DNA from: Oikopleura dioica
Taxonomy: Eukaryota > Animalia > Chordata
Direction of reading: 5' to 3'
DNA: 64,000 bases
Assembly (NCBI GenBank): GCA_907165135.1
Contig: OU015569.1
Span: forward strand, 3,348,001 to 3,412,000
The translations under genes and the position numbers were made by a program. Below are positions 35,997 to 49,160 of the stretch, piece by piece. Position 1 is the stretch's first letter; every line of letters begins with the position of its first letter. The notes under the pieces were generated by a model, which was not told the DNA's origin, ran no database searches, and saw nothing but the letters and a program-made list of their open reading frames with translations.

Positions 35997-36950
35997 GGAA
36001 GGTGAGTCGGCCACCCAGACCTGATTTTTAAAAATGATAACAGCTGCATGAGGAGCTTCAAAGACCAACAATGCCAAATGCTACCTGCTGAGTGATATAG
36101 ATCTGCATCGGCCAAAGAGAACACTGACTTCGAATTCGGAAATTTTTCGATGAGATCTGTTTCCCAGTCAGCAAATTGAGACCAGATTTTGAGAATATTG
36201 CTAAATTATTTAAAATATTTCGTAAATCATTTCTAAAAACAAAAACCTTTCTAGCCAATCGTCGTCCTGCCGGGATTGTTGGTCCGAGTGTTCCAACCTG
36301 TATGTTGCTTGAAATTTCCTTTTAATGATACCATTTCTGATTAGATCCGAAGATTTTCACTTATTGAAATACCGGAAATCTGATGGGCAGCGCACTCTCG
36401 GTCGAGGAAGGCGCTGAGTCGCGCTGATGGAGGAGGACAGTGCCCACCGCCAGGTGTAAACTCCTCCACGGGCTCTTCCTTTGCCCGACTCGACGCAACG
36501 CTTGTTTCAAGTTGAGCCGATGAGTTGGGGTTTCCCCAAGTTGGGTAAACGGCGATTTGAAAGAACGAAGGAAGTTCTATAGATTTTGTTCTGAGAACAG
36601 TACATATTATAGTTCGTATTTTTTCGTTGCCAAGTCCAAAAATTTGCGCTATCAGCTCGTTGCCCTGATGTGATACTATACAAGACCGGAGGAGAAGAAG
36701 AACATCGACTGTAAGTGGCAGCAACTGCAGTTATTATCTCTTGGTACGACGGATTAGAGAAAGGAGGGGCCATTGAAAACAGATTTTTATTTGCGAATGC
36801 GGCCCTTTTGCCCTGCACCGTACCGATTTCATATGCTGATTATAGTCACTTGCTCCCCTGGGCGATGATTGATAAGCCGCGTTGTGCTGAGAGAACGTTC
36901 CAGCTGTTATCATTTTTAAAAATCTGGTCTGGGTGGCCGACTCACCTTCC
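35997..36950. repeat. 50-bp inverted repeat pair (35997-36046 / 36901-36950), each containing a 42-nt GT..AG intron-like unit
   Basis: GGAAG-GTGAGTCGGCCACCCAGACC(T/A)GATTTTTAAAAATGATAACAG-CTG, 1 mismatch. Confidence 0.85.
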
Positions 36951-36952
36951 AT
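36341..36952 (-). CDS. Small hypothetical Ser/Pro/Tyr-rich protein
   Basis: ATG 36952, 42-nt intron 36904-36945, then open segments AGTFSQHNAAYQSSPRG...; MAPPFSNPSYQE...; PTWGNPNSSAQ... Confidence 0.35.
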
Positions 36953-37123
36953 TCCCCCAACTAACTTATCTATACTTGATCCATTTCAGCTCCTTTGAAA
37001 CTATTAATGAAAATATTCTCATTTTTCTATCCAATACTAATTTATTGCTTTTGTCGAAATTCGCAGGGATGACTTATTTAGGCAGAGTTTCAATAAAATT
37101 GACAGTAAGCAAAAATTTGACTA

Positions 37124-37983
37124 TCAGTCGTTGTAAAGCTTGAGGATCTTTCGTTGGGTGAATGGAGCGCGGCATGTTGGGCATTGCTTCTGAGGAAGAG
37201 AAGAGAGGCAGCCGAAGCATGCCTTGTGTCCGCATGGATAAATAGCGGCTTCTGGGTGCATCTCACCGAATTTTCCGAAGCAGATTTTGCAACTCGCCTT
37301 CTCGTCGTCCTCTTTTTCTTTTTCCTCCGGCTTGGAGGCATCCTTGGTCTTTTTCTTCTTTTCAGCAATTTCTAAATGTTTTTAATGCAATAGGAAAACG
37401 GTAAAATTCATACCGAAATCACATTCATACTCCTTCATCCCATCCTGAATGAGGAAGAAGAACCGCTTGTGAGCTTTTCTTCGCGTGTCCGTCTTGATCG
37501 TGGCTTTTTCGTGGGCATCTTTGCTAACCTCTTTCGCTTTCTCGAGGTCTAGTTTCACTTTCTCGAGTTCCTTTTGCAATTCCTCCGTCTTTTTATCGGC
37601 CTCCTTCTTGTTCTGAACAGCAACTTTTTCTTCCTCTCCGACTTCTTCGCAGATTTTACTGACCGCGTAGAGCATCTTGGGTATAGCTTAAATTCAGTAG
37701 TTAGTAGTAGTAACTTCTTAGACAGCGTCAATAAAGATTTAGAATGCTTTCTTCTTTCAATGACTCATGTCGGGAAACATTTGTACAATATCGGACTTAC
37801 AGTTTTTATCAGTCGATTTCGAAGCGTTTTTACAGCAGGCTCCAAGGATGTATTCTCGGTGGGTGAGATTTTCAGATCCACAGCTACCAGGGCACTTAAA
37901 TTTCGCATCACTCTCATCAAAAACTGCGTCCGTTTTTTGAGGAAAAAGTACGAGCATGCAAGACTTGCAATATCGTTGACCAT
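37124..37983 (-). CDS. Coiled-coil protein with C-terminal C3HC4 RING finger (probable E3 ligase)
   Basis: Last exon CKICFGKFGEMHPEAAIYPCGHKACFGCLSSLPQKQCPTCRAPF...LYND*, preceded by a coiled-coil exon (KKTEELQKELEKVKLDLEKAK) and a Cys-rich N-terminus. Confidence 0.8.
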
Positions 37984-38094
37984 TGATATCTGTAGTCGAA
38001 CCAGGAAACCTTAAAATTTGATTGATAACTTATTATGAATCATAAGTTAACATTTATCATTAAATATTTTATTCAAATCATTAATTTGATTAAG

Positions 38095-38350
38095 GACCCC
38101 CCCGTCAGCTTTTTCCTTCGAAAAGTTGAAATTTTTAAAAACACTATATTTTTGGTTCTTAATGCGTCCTAAGGTTAAACTTGCTTCAAAAAGCTTTGAG
38201 GAGGAATTTTTGACCAAGGAAAATCAATATTTCTCCCAAAATTAGGGCGAATTCGTCAATTTTTGGCGAAAAGTCCAATTTTCAAATGCGATTTTGGGGG
38301 TGAAGGAGTCGAGATAGACCCCCAAAAAATGAAGCCTCAAAATCGTTTTT
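38095..38350. mobile_element. Probable degenerate DNA-transposon fragment
   Basis: Begins TTAAGGACCCCCC; AT-rich with A/T runs resembling the other MITE interiors; no partner end found. Confidence 0.25.
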
Positions 38351-38802
38351 TGACCCGTAGAATCCATTACATAGTTGAGTTTTAGCGCTCGGAATTCTTT
38401 TCACAAAACTCAACTATTCTCCAGATTTCTTGTTTCGTCGGTCACTTTCCTCTTTTCAGAAACTTTGTCTTCTCCTGGAGTAAGTTTGGCGATTTCAATA
38501 GTGGGTTACCGAAGATAGACTTTGAACTTCGAAAGATCTATCAATAATAAATCCAGAAAACTTATCAAAACCGTCAACTTCACCGGACATAATAATAATA
38601 TTTTTACATTTTTAAAGCCATTATTTGTAGGCAAAGCATCTGCGTTTCTGTTTTGGTGAGTGAATACTGTACTGAAGCTCAAATAGATAATCGTCAATCA
38701 AAGTGCAAAGTGGAAGTAGAATAGGAGTAATTTATTAATTTGAAATTTGCGAAGAGTATATATCAGTGCTCAACTGTCTGCGGCTCTGTTTCCAGCCGCT
38801 TC

Positions 38803-39513
38803 TCATTCGATAAATCCTTCTGGACCCGTGAAAAAGCTCTCCGGACTTGACTTTTCAGCTGAAACCGTCATAATAAGGTCATTTAGAGTCTGTCTCACCA
38901 TTCTCTCAATCTTCTTCTCCAGATTTCCGAAGTCGCCATGGTCACCCATCTGCGCGCGAAATTTTCGAGAGAGCTTCTTGCTAAGATGAACTTTACATGG
39001 CTTGAAAAACGAAATCATCTTCCTTGATTTCAAAGAGTGCGATTTTTAAACCGTGCCTTCAGTTCGTTGAATCAGATCGTTGAAAACGGCATAAGCTACA
39101 AGAGGGTTGCTAGAACTTAGCTTTGAATATAATTTACTATTAAGAGAGAGAAAATTAAGTAACCCAGCCTTGGTCAATTTGGTCGGCCATTTCGTCTTTA
39201 AATCCCTTCAAGGTCTGGTTGAAGACTTCAAGTTGACGTTCCTGCTCTATCAATCATATTCAGATCTGGCTCGTGTCACTGGCTCAGAGCTTACCTTCTC
39301 GAATTAGAATGAGGCTCTCCTTGATGTCCAGCACGGGGTCCGCAAACTCGAGTTCATCGCCGGGCAGCTCGAGCTCTAATACTAGTTGAGTTTATTTTCA
39401 CTTTTGAAGAAAAGACAAAGCTAGACTCTCACCGAAAGGCTCACTCTGTGAAACGGCTTCGGCGCATGTAAAAATAGCAAAAATCCAAAATGCAAATCTA
39501 AGTGTCATTTTGA
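38803..39513 (-). CDS. Putative secreted helical protein; 3' end uncertain
   Basis: Signal-like MTLRFAFWIFAIFTCAEA, then exons LELPGDELEFADPVLDIKESLILIRE, QERQLEVFNQTLKGFK and RKFRAQMGDHGDFGNLEKK. Confidence 0.5.
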
Positions 39514-40699
39514 GACAGCGTGGCTCTGAATACTCTTGCTCAGTTAAGGACGTCGCTTCTAACCGGAAGTCAAGTTGGCTCTCTCTATTGTGGTTAAATA
39601 TCAGCAATCGACTGGAATGTCTGCATCTGCTCTCTACCTGTGTGCCCAAACGGAGTCCAACTATTTCCGAACGAAATTTGTCTTCTTTTCCCCTTTTAGC
39701 TAGTTTTTCTTAATCGTACTTTGAAATTTCTGTCGCTTTCTTTGGCGTTTTTGACTTCGGTTGCTGCTTGAACAGCTTTCTGACTCTTATGGAGCGATTA
39801 TTTGGTTGTTTATACAATTTGGATACACAGCGCGGCGCTACTTACAGGATTCTTTTTTCAACTATCACTTCCGTAATTGCTCTTTCTCGTTTGCCTCTTT
39901 TTACACAGCGAATTTATGATAAATAACTTTCATTGGCATTTTTATTGATCGTATTTATGAAGCATGAGCTTTTTTTACGTATACTGTTCTCTGTGTATTA
40001 TATCACAAAAATCACATTCCCAATTGATCTGAAGCTCTGTCATCATTACAGTCACTGGAAATTACTTCGGTTCCAGGCACTGCATTAACACACTCTCATA
40101 AAGATTTCCAGTAATGATCAGGTGTATTGATATAAGAGAAAAAAAAGTTCACGCCAATCGGAAGTGTTTGATCAGCTTCTGAAGCTTTTGCATTTCCGTT
40201 TTCCAAAAGGAATTTTTTCTCACCGGAATATTTAATCGCGATAAGCTAAGTACAGATAAAGAAAAAAATAATGTACAGGACCTGTGTTTCAAAGTCGCTA
40301 ATTTGAAAGTTTAAAAGTGCTTGAAAAAAAGGCTATATTGGAAAGACGGGATTTTCGGACTCCGTGTCGGAGCGCTTCAGGGTCGATTGTTGCTTCACCA
40401 GACTTTTGCGACTGACGCCGTTTTGGAATTGTACTGCCGGCGCTCGACCATTGGGATTAGCCATTCCGTTGACCTAGCGTTTAGTTAAAATTCCATTGCT
40501 TGAATGATTTGGAAATTATCACTGATCATTAGTATTGCTAAGTGTACTGTAAATACACTCAAAGAACGATAAATTCTGTATAAATTTAATCTATGACAGT
40601 ATCCTTTGAATGATCTTCGGGATTCCTTTAATCTAGCGAGGATATCCTTGTCTTCGGAGAGATAGATAGGGAGCTTTTAGGTGCATAATTAAAATAATA

Positions 40700-41473
40700 T
40701 ATCTCAAATGCTGAAGTTGCTATACTTACGATATTATTGCGCGGCGAGGCGAAAGGATGCGAAAACTGCACGAGGGTGAAGTTCGGGTGACAAACTGTAA
40801 TGTACACGAGCACGAGGAATAGTAAGCACAGAATCAAGCCGATGGTTGACGCAATCACTGAATGCAAAATGAAGGATGATTATTGCTGACCACCGGGGCA
40901 ACAAAAGCCTATTTTTCCCGAACGCTTTCATCGATCCGACCATGAAATATTAATGCTTTATAGTTTTATGCGATAAATTGAATAATCTCACGACCGCAGC
41001 CAATCTGCCGCATATAAATTCGGCATACTGATTAATATACTCTTTCTTGTGAAACCAGCTTAATAACAATAAAGTAGCCTATTGTAAGAGCTTTGTGGAA
41101 ACAATTTTTCATGTCTTTGACGGAGGTTTTTGATAATATCTGACGCAATTTTTAAGAATTTATTAATAATTAAGACCATTTCTTCGTCATTTCTAGGCTT
41201 CTATCAAAGATGAAATCATTTAACTTAATTACAAACTTACTTAGAAGCATTTTTTCGTCCACTTTGAAGCGTTTGTTGTATTCCAAGTCCATTTGGTCAT
41301 ATTTGTCGAGTGGTTTAATGTATCTGAACTGGTTGGAGGTATCCCTCGTCTGTCTCCCCGCATTGTTCTGTATCATCCTGTCTTCATTATTGCCCGCGCT
41401 ATCTTAATGTTTTCTCAGTTTTCACTGTTCAGAATATTGAATCGTCGAATATCTCTGCCCGCGCTACAAACAT
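40700..41473 (-). CDS. Hypothetical membrane protein
   Basis: Hydrophilic exon (NAGRQTRDTSNQFRYIKPLDKY...) and TM-like exon SVIASTIGLILCLLFLVLVYITVC. Confidence 0.35.
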
Positions 41474-43125
41474 GCCACGGGCTTGCTTGCTTGTGAGACC
41501 GATTTTATATCAATAAATAATATCAATAAATAAAACTTCAATTAGTCCAGTCGCCCATAAAGCGTCCCGCTACAGGTTAAGATTAAACAAGGAATAAATA
41601 AATTTTAATTAAAATACCCAGCTACCCGCTCACATCATCACGCTCCGGGGCAGTTCAAATGCCTCCCCGTCTAAAGCCCTCGCGATTCCTCAAACTCACT
41701 GTACTACCGTTCCGAAATTAGAAGCCTTTCTATACACTAGAAATTTAAAGAATTCTTGCCATGAGTGAAATAAACAGCGGTAGGTTATGAACCGGAAACT
41801 GACCACGAATACGTTTAAAATTGCGCAAAAGATGAGACATTAACTTTCTAATTTCTGGTGATAAGGGAGTGATAAAACGTAAATAAAATTGTGGTTCTTC
41901 AGTTTCACCTTTATATAGTTTCGCTTCTTTCGATTTTCTCTCTTTCTCTTCCTTTGGTGGAGGAATCTAATCGTAGCTAATTATATCAAGAATATTAAAG
42001 CAAGTAGCTGGATTTACATAGAGCCGGCTTGTAAGTTTTGTATGCACTGTTGAACGGTAGCGTGCATTAAGACATTACCATTTCTTTTGAATCTTTAATT
42101 TTGACGCTCAATACGGAATGAATCCTTTGGCCCCCGAGATCTATCCCTAACTAAACCAATCTAAAGCGCGGCTCTCATTTACTTACATACTCTACTCGTC
42201 TACTTTTCAGCTGCACTCAGATCAACTACAGTTGATGCTGCTTGATTTTCAATTTGATTGCCAATTATAGGAAACCAGTTAGACATTATTGTATTTTCAA
42301 TATACTATCGAGCTTCTTTCTTTTAACATTTTCGAATCCTTATAAATGTCGTATTCTATCTTAAGAAAAAATAATTTTATCTATTTAACTATTCGAATTT
42401 TTAAAAAGATAAAAAAATTCAATTGATTAGAGAAAAATTACCGTTTGATTTTCTGTTTGTCTCTATTTAATTTTTAGGCTTGCCATAAAAAGTGGTTTCA
42501 CTTTCTGATTTAAAAATGCTTCGATTTGGTGGAAGATAAAAGCCCAGCTGCCATACCTCCTAATAAGAAAACTTGAGAAATAGTAATGACGACGGGGAGA
42601 CGCGTGGAAACGCATGAAGGCGTCGGATTCGATACATAGAACTGTCAGCAGCATGTTTCCCGCGTTTATACGATATTACACTCTAACTGCAATTGAGAAT
42701 TCAATCTGGACAAGGCTACTCGATAGAAATACAATAATTGTATTATTGATTGATTATTTTTTCTTATTCTTTCAATTCTAATGTGAAGGTAGATGAATTA
42801 GAAAGTTGAAAGCTTTCTAGTGCTGAGCATTTTTATATGACTTAAATCCTCCTAGAATCTAAAGTTACCTTGGTCTGTATCCACTTGTTCTCCACCTTCT
42901 AATGCTTTTCGTCGTTTGATAATAGGCTGCTTTCTAAAAGTAAATTACCGATAATAGCTCAATTCCACTACTCAAGAAGAATCATCCTCACATTACTATT
43001 TTCGAACGCTAATCGACCTCGCTCAAAAACTAGAGAAAAAGCTTTTTTCAAGACGATTTTCTCTTGGCTCTCATTCGGGAATAAAATTAAGAAATAGAGA
43101 AAAAAAGAAGCTGAAATCACTGTAT

Positions 43126-44948
43126 ATGATACTAACGGTCGTATTTGTGACCAATATTGCATATGGCCAGAAAGTGATATTTGATAGAGTCCAACCGTTC
43201 CAGCATGAGTCTCTTAATATCGCCGACACAAACGTCGGAGAAGTAGAGGTTTGATACAGTTACTTTTCGATGATTTCAGTTTTGCCATTTCAGGTGACAT
43301 GCGCGCCGAACCTGATGTGCATTACCTTTGGAAACAACAACGAGTTCTTCGCACGGGACATCATCACCAAAGTCAGCAGAAGTTATGCTTGCTTCTAGGT
43401 CTAAAAACTTTTTAGGAAAATTATTCAGCAGAGGACTTCGCGGTGGAGAATCCATGTGCGGCAGAACGAGAGTTAACCGACGAGTCGTCGAAATACTGTG
43501 TTCATCCTGACTGCCCTTTTACAGATGGCTTTATGAAGAATGGGACCCACGCAACATTCAGAACAAAGGATTGAGTTCTCAAGACAACATGCATTACCGT
43601 ACCAACATCTTCCTTATAAATTAGCTTCAGATAGAAAGTTCTTCGCTTTCTCTTGAATCCATTGCACACTCGACAAAAGCTGCGAACATCGCAAAACTAC
43701 ACACAAGTATTATTTGAAGCTAGCCCTAAGAATCAAATCGAAATCAACTTCCAGGCGAGTCTCAGTTCGCAGTCAATTTTAAACCCTTAAGAGGCCTTAT
43801 GTCGCCTCAGCGTCGATATTATATTGATCTAGTAAAAAAATAGAGAATTAGAAAAAAGCTAAATTGAATCTTCTAAAATGACTTTCTTTGTAGTGCAGCT
43901 ATCCCTTGGAAGTTCTCCTCACAAGGGATTTCACGCTCAACTACCAAGAAATAACGATTACAGAACAGGGAAACTTTGCGGCTAGCATGTATCTTTATAC
44001 AAAAGGTAAAGCATTGAATTATAGTGAACTAGGCGAGTCCGGTCGTTATTTCAATCAATTCTGATTCTTCGTTGCTTAGACCGTTTAGTACATTTGATGA
44101 AATATTCTAGATTTCGGAAACGTCATCGTCGATACCAAACCAATCCTCCAAGGAAAAGATGAAAACGGCGCGATCAGTCGAATCTCAGCAGAAGTACAAC
44201 TGTTATCTTTGGAGAAGTCCGGCATGTTCGTAGAATTGCGAGACTGCTGGGCGACCCCAGATGCAAACTCAGCCAACATTAACCGCGTTTCTTTGATTCG
44301 TAACGGTTGCCCGGTCGAAGATAGATCGCTTAATGTCCTTATCCATAATTCAGGAATTGTTGAAACTTTTTCAAATTAGAAAAATTGATCAAAGAAATTA
44401 CAATTAGACAAAAGTAATTATCAACAAGAAAAAGCGGACGATTACTATGCCCGCTTCAGCCATGATATTTTTGCTTTTTCTTCTTCAAACGAGGTTCATT
44501 TGCATTGCTCGATTGAAGTTTGTGCGAATGATTGGTGCAACACCGTCAATGATAACTGCCAAAGCTCTTCCCTGCGGAGAAAAAGACGCGCTATTCGTGG
44601 AGAAGTTCAAAAAGGTTTATTCAAATATGCGTCTTTTTATTTTCATCGAGTCAAAATTCAGTCACTGAACTTGTGATCTCTGCCTCACCCGCCTTCACGT
44701 ACGACTACCAAGACCCTTCGCTTCGTTTCGTCGATGGACATCGCGACGATGAAGATATTATCAGAACAATTTTAGATTCTAGCGCAGGCGTCACCGCTGA
44801 TTTCTTCTCCGTCAGGTTAGTCAAACATTTTTTCTACCATAAATTATAGTCTCTCAGTCTGTTGAGCGCACTGGCAGCTATGGGTACACTCTTAATCATC
44901 CTCATCGTGCGCGTTGTTCAAAGATCAAGGCGATTCGAAAAACTGTAA
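43126..44948 (+). CDS. Zona pellucida (ZP) domain protein with signal peptide, furin site and C-terminal TM helix
   Basis: MILTVVFVTNIAYG signal; VTCAPNLMCI; CSYPL; LRDCWATP; NGCP; VHLHCSIEVC; RRKRR; TM LLSALAAMGTLLIILIV then RRFEKL*. Confidence 0.88.
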
Positions 44949-45930
44949 GAAAACTGCTGTATTTTATTGGAAACGACTCTGAAGAATGCTCGAAACATGA
45001 AAACGACATGTTCTGCCCTGAAATTCCTTCTCTTCGAGATCCAAAACTAAAATAAACATAAAATAGTGAAGCAAACTTTTGATGTATGAGGTGATAGCTG
45101 ATTATCAAGGCGAACTCTCATCTCGCGTGTCACAGTCAGACTGGCACTGGGTTCTTTCAACGATAGCGACGTGCTTTCTTTCTTCATTCTCATTGAACAC
45201 GTGTCAAACCCAGAAGAGCATGTTCACGAGCAGTCACACAACTTTTCATGCAAGAGATTGAGCCCAAGTTCCGTTTTTTTGAAGTTACAAACATGAAATC
45301 AAAATGGCCAATTTTCACTTTTACTCTTTGATCTGAGCGCCATCTTTATTGTTATGGCGTTAATAATGATACGCACTCGCATAAATGATCGTAAATAAAA
45401 ACTCTTGACAAGTGAGAGATTTCGTAGCAAGAATAAATTTTGAAATAATTATTATTTTTCTATAGTGAGAGCTCAAACGTTAAATAGTTCAGAAAGGTGA
45501 AATAATAGTGCTTTGAATCCTGGGGCAAAGTCTTCTGACTTCGGCGAAAAGAATTCGCCGCGTTCAGATATTCGCGGCTCCGCGCGGATCATCGGGCAAA
45601 CACCGTGTGTCACGTCCACGCAGAGAGCACTACGAAAATTTCACTCCCCTCTCAAGTGCCCCCATTTATTATAATTAAGCCTAAATCGGACATGGGCATT
45701 GGCAGTGGCAAAGCAACACGTGCAAATACAGAGATAGAGAGAGAAAGAGACCACAGTCGTCGCATTTTATCGTTTTTATAGAGAGAACAATGCGAGTTCA
45801 CTTCAAACATTTGCTGAAACGGATTTACTTTGAATACTTTGTTTCTCTTTTGATTATTGCAGCTTGCGCGGCATCATTGAGCGCGCTCTTGAATAAATGT
45901 TCAGAGAAAAAAATGGAATAATGGTGGACG

Positions 45931-47369
45931 ATGACGGCGAAACGACTCATCGGAAGAACGGCGATTCCCTGTATTGCCATTCTCGTTATCATCTATCTGG
46001 CCTTTCCAAAGAGCTGGTTCCAAGTAAGCGCATCTAGTATTTTAGTAATAGAAAGCAGCGAAATTATATTTTCCGGGATTTTTCCTAACGCAAATTTCAG
46101 CAGGAAGGGAAATACGAGAAACGATCTGTGGAGTGGTTTACATACGATGACCCTTCCGATCAGCCAGTTGCTTCATTCTTCGATATTCTTCCATCCAACG
46201 CGTCCCCGAAACCCTCGAGCTCCGGCAAGCCAGAGCACTCGCGGCCGACCGACACTCTCATTGATAAATTTGACTTTAACAAGCCTGTAAGTTTTTATTA
46301 TTTCAGGAAATCATACTTCGTGGCATCGACCGGAGATGAATCGATTTAGTACTCTCGCGAGAATCGTTAGATCTCAAATCGCAAGCTCAGCCTTGTTAAA
46401 ATCGACTTCCTCGAGAGCTTGACTATGATTGATGAGAGTTAATTCAGCACATTCTTGATTTCATTCTGACAGATTTTCTTTTTCAAGATATAGCATTTCA
46501 ATTTCTTTTTGCAAAAAAAAGAAAAATGAAAAAAAAAAGATTGTTTAGGTTGAACTACAGTTTGAATGGGCAAGCGTCAATCAAAATTTCACTGCCGAAG
46601 CCACCCGATTTCTTCGACTTATTCAAAGCTCAAAACCTCTATGCCCAAATATGCTGACAATCAGTGATCTAGAGGTGCTAATTGACTAACAATCAGGTCA
46701 AATGAATCTTTTAAGTTCAAAGTCTGCAATGTAATGCTGAGCAATTTCCCGGTGTACAGCTTCAACATCGATCAGAAAGATCCGTTCGAGATCGAGAAAA
46801 ACTTTTGAAACACAGCGCGGATCTTCAAATATTCGGACATAATCCCAACGCCCAATTGCCAGTACCAGATGCTTCTCACTTTTCGTTCGAGATGGTCGCT
46901 TTGGACAACGTCGACTCTGCCAAAGCGAAGAATCGCCGCTGGAGTAGGAATACTTTCGCTACTTTGCGCAAAAAGCACAATCACAACATTGTAAGTAAAA
47001 TAGATTCTTGTGTCTTTAATGAGTTTATTTGTCAAGATCAGCCTTGTGATTTTATCGATGAATTCTGCCGAGTGGAAGATCCTGCGAAATGTGCTCGAGA
47101 CAGGGGAAGTTAATCGTATCGCGCAGCTCGTTGTTCAGCTGCATCTTTCTTGGGCTGGCTTTGGCGTCTCCGGAGATGATGCTCAAGTAGTGCACAACTG
47201 GACAGAAGTCGTCAGTGGACTGGCGAAAGCGGGCTTTACGTTGATACACTCCGCTGAATTGCCAGGTCCAAAGATGTTTCTTGGTCAAACAGATACATTC
47301 AACTCGTCTAGCCGATACTATCTGACGTTTTTGAGGAAAGACCTTTTAGATTCTTCTGTTAGCCTTTAA
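45931..47369 (+). CDS. METTL24: Methyltransferase-like 24 family, N-terminal signal anchor
   Basis: Last exon SAEWKILRNVLETGEVNRIAQLVVQLHLSWAGFGVSGDDAQVVHNW...FNSSSRYYLTF matches the METTL24 C-terminus as I recall it (SAEWKVLENL...IHLHWPGFEVSGSD...FNASSCYTLSW). Confidence 0.8.
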
Positions 47370-47434
47370 ATAAAGTCACTGAAACGTAAAAACAGGATGA
47401 ATTTTTATTGATAGAATTGTGGTGCAGTTCTCTC

Positions 47435-48370
47435 TCAATAAAGATCGTACTTTACTAAGCCACTATTTCTTGCACAGTGGTAAGGATCAGGATGGCGGAA
47501 GCTTACGAATTTCCTCTCTTGAGAACACATCTTCAGATCGATGAATCTGATCGCTAAATGGTTGAGGTCGATTTCCGGCGCCATGAGACATAGATGTGCG
47601 AGTTTCTTAAAGTATTGAGGATGGAGAGCTTGAATCGCCGGGAGATCATCTTGACCGAGAATAAGGAGCGCCCAGTCCTTTCTCAATGTCCAAGTTGCAG
47701 CTTTTTCTGATATCTTTGGCAGTAGTTTTTGCACTTGCGCGAAATTGCGGCGATTAATGTTTACAAGGAGTTTTGGGTGAAGAGAGTCTACTAGCATCAG
47801 ATGAAAGGCGTCGCTCGTTGAGTTTTTGTTTTTGGTTTCTGCTCTCGCCATAAGAGTGAGTTCATCCGCGAGGAGCAGCTCCTCCGGAACGGAGTAGAGT
47901 ATTGTCCTGCTAAGTTTTAACTCTGCGTATTGGCCATGGTTGTCTGCGACTAGCGCGAAATCCTTTTTGCCCAACTTTTCTATCGCTTTGTCCAGTGTTT
48001 CCAACTCAGCTGGAATAAGACCATCGACTGAATAGACCACTCCTACTTCGCCAGATAGATTTTCAAGCTCTGCAGCATATGAAGAGTGCTCCAAAGAATA
48101 AATGAGCGTATCTCTTTGCGAGGTTAAATAAAAGGTCTGTTTTCCAAAGAAGAGTACAATCTAAATTTCAACCGCTTCCTTAGGTGCTCAGCTAAGTTGG
48201 AAATGTCATCTGTCTCGAATGTTTTGTTCTCGATCTCTGCGAGCCTGCTCTCTTCTGAACTAGTTCGCGTTGGAATCAATTCTTTGAGTTTTTACTTACA
48301 AATTTCTCAGCAGCCACAAAACTAGAGAAATATTTACTATCGGCAAAATCAGCGTTTTCAGCCCTCTCAT
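47435..48370 (-). CDS. Type II membrane protein of unknown family
   Basis: Exon 1 MRGLKTLILPIVNISLVLWLLRN, a stem exon and a 219-aa ORF; convergent with METTL24. Confidence 0.6.
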
Positions 48371-48566
48371 AATCTCGATTGGAAGAAATAAAAAATCAGG
48401 CTTGGTGTTCTATTTTTGCTAAATAGAGCGCAAATTTCGCCCCGGGCTAAGATCACCTTCAAAGGAGATATTTTTTTCTATGGCTATTCAAATATTCTTT
48501 ATTGTATTTAACGTTGAGGCGAGCGCTCGTGGTTTTATTTATTTTGGAGAATTTTAATTTATTTAT

Positions 48567-49160
48567 GATGAAATTAAAAAACTTTTTGCAGCAGAAATTT
48601 CGACTTGTCGATTTTTTTAGCTCAGTAGAAAGAGCGAGAAATTCTGAGTTGAATCCACTTTCCCATGAGGAAAATTTTCTAGAGAATGACGTCACAAATG
48701 ACGTCATAAAGTACCAAAAACCGAAAACTTTGAGTCGGTTTTTGAAAGCCTTTCCGATGGATATTTCAAGTGTTCTATGGGTCAAATAGAAGCTTAGAAG
48801 AAAATGAAGGTCCATTTTAGATGATTTTCAGAAAATTTCAAAAAAAATTGGCTCTAGAATTTTTTGAAAAAAAATTTTTTTCTAAAATAAAAAATATCAA
48901 AAATGAACCTTAAATTTTTTATAAGCTTTCATTTGAGCTATTTCACGTCGAAAATAACAAACTGAAACGCATCTAAAAAGTGACTCAAAGTTTGCCCAAA
49001 ATGACCATTTTTGCGGTCTTCTCAGGTCCTCTGTGACGTCATCGTCTGGTATTTTTCGCTCAAATTTTGACAGATCGAATCAGAATTTTCCGGGCTTTCT
49101 TTAGAGCCCAAAAAATGAATGGGTCAATTTTTTTGCTGCAAAAAGTTTTTTAATTTCATC
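48567..49160. mobile_element. Foldback/MITE-like element
   Basis: 27-bp perfect IR GATGAAATTAAAAAACTTTTTGCAGCA (48567-48593 / 49134-49160), plus inner IRs (AAACTTTGAGTC, TGACGTCA). Confidence 0.55.
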
